Shown here: positions 62,774-64,000 of the stretch, piece by piece
Numbering within the stretch: position 1 is the first letter of the stretch
Layout: each line of letters starts with the position of its first letter
Virus record (IMG/VR): IMGVR_UViG_3300006310_000001
Source of the DNA: a virus
DNA length: 64,000 nt
Strand: one strand, 5' to 3'
Notes under the pieces: model-generated
The model's database searches: none
Seen by the model: the letters and a program-made list of their open reading frames with translations, nothing else
What the model was told of the DNA's origin: nothing
Program-made: the position numbers and the translations under genes

Positions 62774-62787
62774 TGTTGGTTAGGCCC

Positions 62788-62820
62788 AAAAAAAATAGCG
62801 GCGGTTTTACCCGCCACTAT
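62788..62820 (-). terminator. intrinsic terminator after hsp20
   Basis: AUAGUGGCGG-GUAAAA-CCGCCGCUAU, 10 bp, then U run. Confidence 0.9.
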
Positions 62821-62833
62821 CTATATTACGTTA

Positions 62834-63283
62834 TTATTTAACGTCTATTGTTTTTAGTTTCTTTTCTTCTGGAATAATCTTCTCCATAGAAACTTTTAAC
62901 AGTCCATCTTTCAGTTCAGCACCTTTGACTTTTACATCATTAGCGATTGTGAAAGACCTTTTAAAGTATCTTTTAGAGATACCTTTATGTAATACTTCAC
63001 CATCTTCATCCTTGTCAGAAGATTCATCTTCCTTCTTGGTTTCAATAGTTAGCATACCGTTTTCAACATTGACAGTAATGTCTTTCTTGTTGAATCCAGC
63101 TAATGCAACTTCAATATCGTAAGTATTCTTACCTGACTTAACTATATTGTATGGTGGGTAACTAGGTTGTATATCGTTGATGAAATCGTCATCAAACATT
63201 GAACCGAAATGGTCAAAGATTGAATCGAATCCAACCGATACTGGTCTTAACCTGTTAAAAATAGATAATGCTTTATTGGTCAT
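62834..63283 (-). CDS. hsp20: small heat-shock protein (Hsp20/IbpA family)
   Basis: SYPPYNI, EVALAGF, LHKGISKRYFKRSF, AELKDGLL. Confidence 0.95.
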   Translation of the reverse strand: MTNKALSIFNRLRPVSVGFDSIFDHFGSMFDDDFINDIQPSYPPYNIVKSGKNTYDIEVALAGFNKKDITVNVENGMLTIETKKEDESSDKDEDGEVLHKGISKRYFKRSFTIANDVKVKGAELKDGLLKVSMEKIIPEEKKLKTIDVK

Positions 63284-63342
63284 AAAAACCTCCTTTTATT
63301 AAGCAAAGTTATCGTTTATGAGTCCCTTAATGGCAACTCACT
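63284..63342 (-). promoter_or_regulatory. ROSE-like RNA thermometer candidate in hsp20 5' UTR
   Basis: Hairpin UGAGUUGCC/GGGACUCA, then CUUUGCUU paired to AAGGAG(G) with bulged G. Confidence 0.55.
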
Positions 63343-63349
63343 ACTACTT

Positions 63350-63377
63350 ATATATGTAGTTTCCTACAATATACAAG
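63350..63377 (-). promoter_or_regulatory. RpoH-like promoter CTTG-N17-CATATAT (also readable as sigma70-like)
   Basis: One mismatch to alphaproteobacterial CTTG-N17-CYTATNT. Confidence 0.4.
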
Positions 63378-63384
63378 TAGCGCC

Positions 63385-63615
63385 GATGGATTTATTTTTA
63401 ATAGTATGAATCCACCAAAATATCTATCGTAGTGTCCGCTATTGGTATTGAAACCTTTGGACCTTCTATGGGTTTTAGAGTCTCCCCAAACTCCCACAAA
63501 ACTCGTAATTCATTGAGGTTTTGTTATAGTAGACCTCAAACTACTACCAACTTTCAGATATTAAATCTGCAGGTGTTGGCACCCTTCCACGCCCCAGGAC
63601 TTATGAACTGCCTGG
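63385..63615 (-). ncRNA. candidate structured non-coding RNA (~230 nt)
   Basis: GC-enriched intergenic region with at least six stems and an upstream TTACAC-N17-TATATT / AATAAATA; strand inferred. Confidence 0.45.
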
Positions 63616-63649
63616 TATAATATATTTATTCAAGCACAGGCGTGTAATT

Positions 63650-63853
63650 CTATAATCTATTCTGTATCAATTTCAACTTCTTTTTCCAGTTCTTGATACC
63701 TTCTTTTTTCTTTTCTCTTTTAATTTCTGATGGTTTTCTATAGTACTGCTTTAATCTATAGTCTTTTAGTATACCTGCTTTAAGTACTTTCTTCTTAAGC
63801 ACTCTCATAGCTTTCTCTACATTACCGTGTCTTACTTCAACTGTTATTGCCAC
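63650..63853 (-). CDS. rpsU: ribosomal protein bS21
   Basis: VEKAMRVLKKKV...YYRKPSEIKR. Confidence 0.9.
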   Translation of the reverse strand: MAITVEVRHGNVEKAMRVLKKKVLKAGILKDYRLKQYYRKPSEIKREKKKEGIKNWKKKLKLIQNRL

Positions 63854-64000
63854 GTTCTTTTACCCTCCTCTCCGCTTCATTAATAATCTTATGTGTATCA
63901 GTTGTACACTCCTCTTTCATTTTTCCTTCTTTTCTAATCTTATCCATTTCTATTCTAATATATTCTTGGTGTCTGGATTGAACCAAACTATCTTCTAATT
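63837..64000 (-). CDS. 3' end of a hypothetical protein entering from window end
   Basis: 54 open codons ending in TGA overlapping rpsU start. Confidence 0.55.
   Translation of the reverse strand, partial: LEDSLVQSRHQEYIRIEMDKIRKEGKMKEECTTDTHKIINEAERRVKERGNNS

Noticed and set aside
63432-63620. 62-aa plus-strand ORF
   Set aside because: No RBS, atypical composition; the region is better explained as structured RNA.
1-64000. Stop-codon reassignment, tRNA/rRNA genes, integrase or DGR
   Set aside because: Known genes are full length under the standard code; no T-loop/CCA cloverleaf, recombinase or reverse transcriptase motif was seen by eye (tRNAscan-SE would confirm).

Overview
This is 64 kb of an AT-rich T4-like myophage genome, almost entirely minus-strand. 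The host is most likely SAR11/Pelagibacterales or another marine alphaproteobacterium; this is inferred from gene content, not proven. In coordinate order: (1) 1.1-12.6 kb, a glycan-modification island with glycosyltransferases, guaC, gmd, a ColD-like enzyme, an AsnB-like amidotransferase, a SET protein and 2OG oxygenases; (2) 13-19 kb, RuvC-like, nrdB, nrdA and primase genes; (3) 19.2-26.8 kb, a discrete late operon (CsgF, CsgG, curlin-like protein, exported thioredoxin, 706-aa FecR-domain protein) with a divergent CHASE2-adenylate cyclase; (4) 26.7-33 kb, a late block with NAD-dependent formate dehydrogenase and a candidate DUF1353/holin/spanin lysis cassette; (5) 30-43 kb, probable internal head proteins with T4-type capsid-targeting N-termini, including a kinase/Pol-beta NTase/HIGH-NTase fusion and a ligase-like protein; (6) 44-62 kb, the T4 replication core (41, uvsX, 43, regA, 62, 44, 45) interrupted by sugar, methylase, Fe-S, RimK-protease and nuclease genes; (7) hsp20 with a ROSE-like thermometer leader, a candidate ~230-nt structured RNA, and rpsU. 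Twelve small ORFs and two edge-truncated ORFs absent from the supplied track were added, and several starts were corrected from stop/start overlaps. No tRNA, rRNA, CRISPR array, intron or intein was recognised. All family calls come from motif reading by eye; no database search was run.
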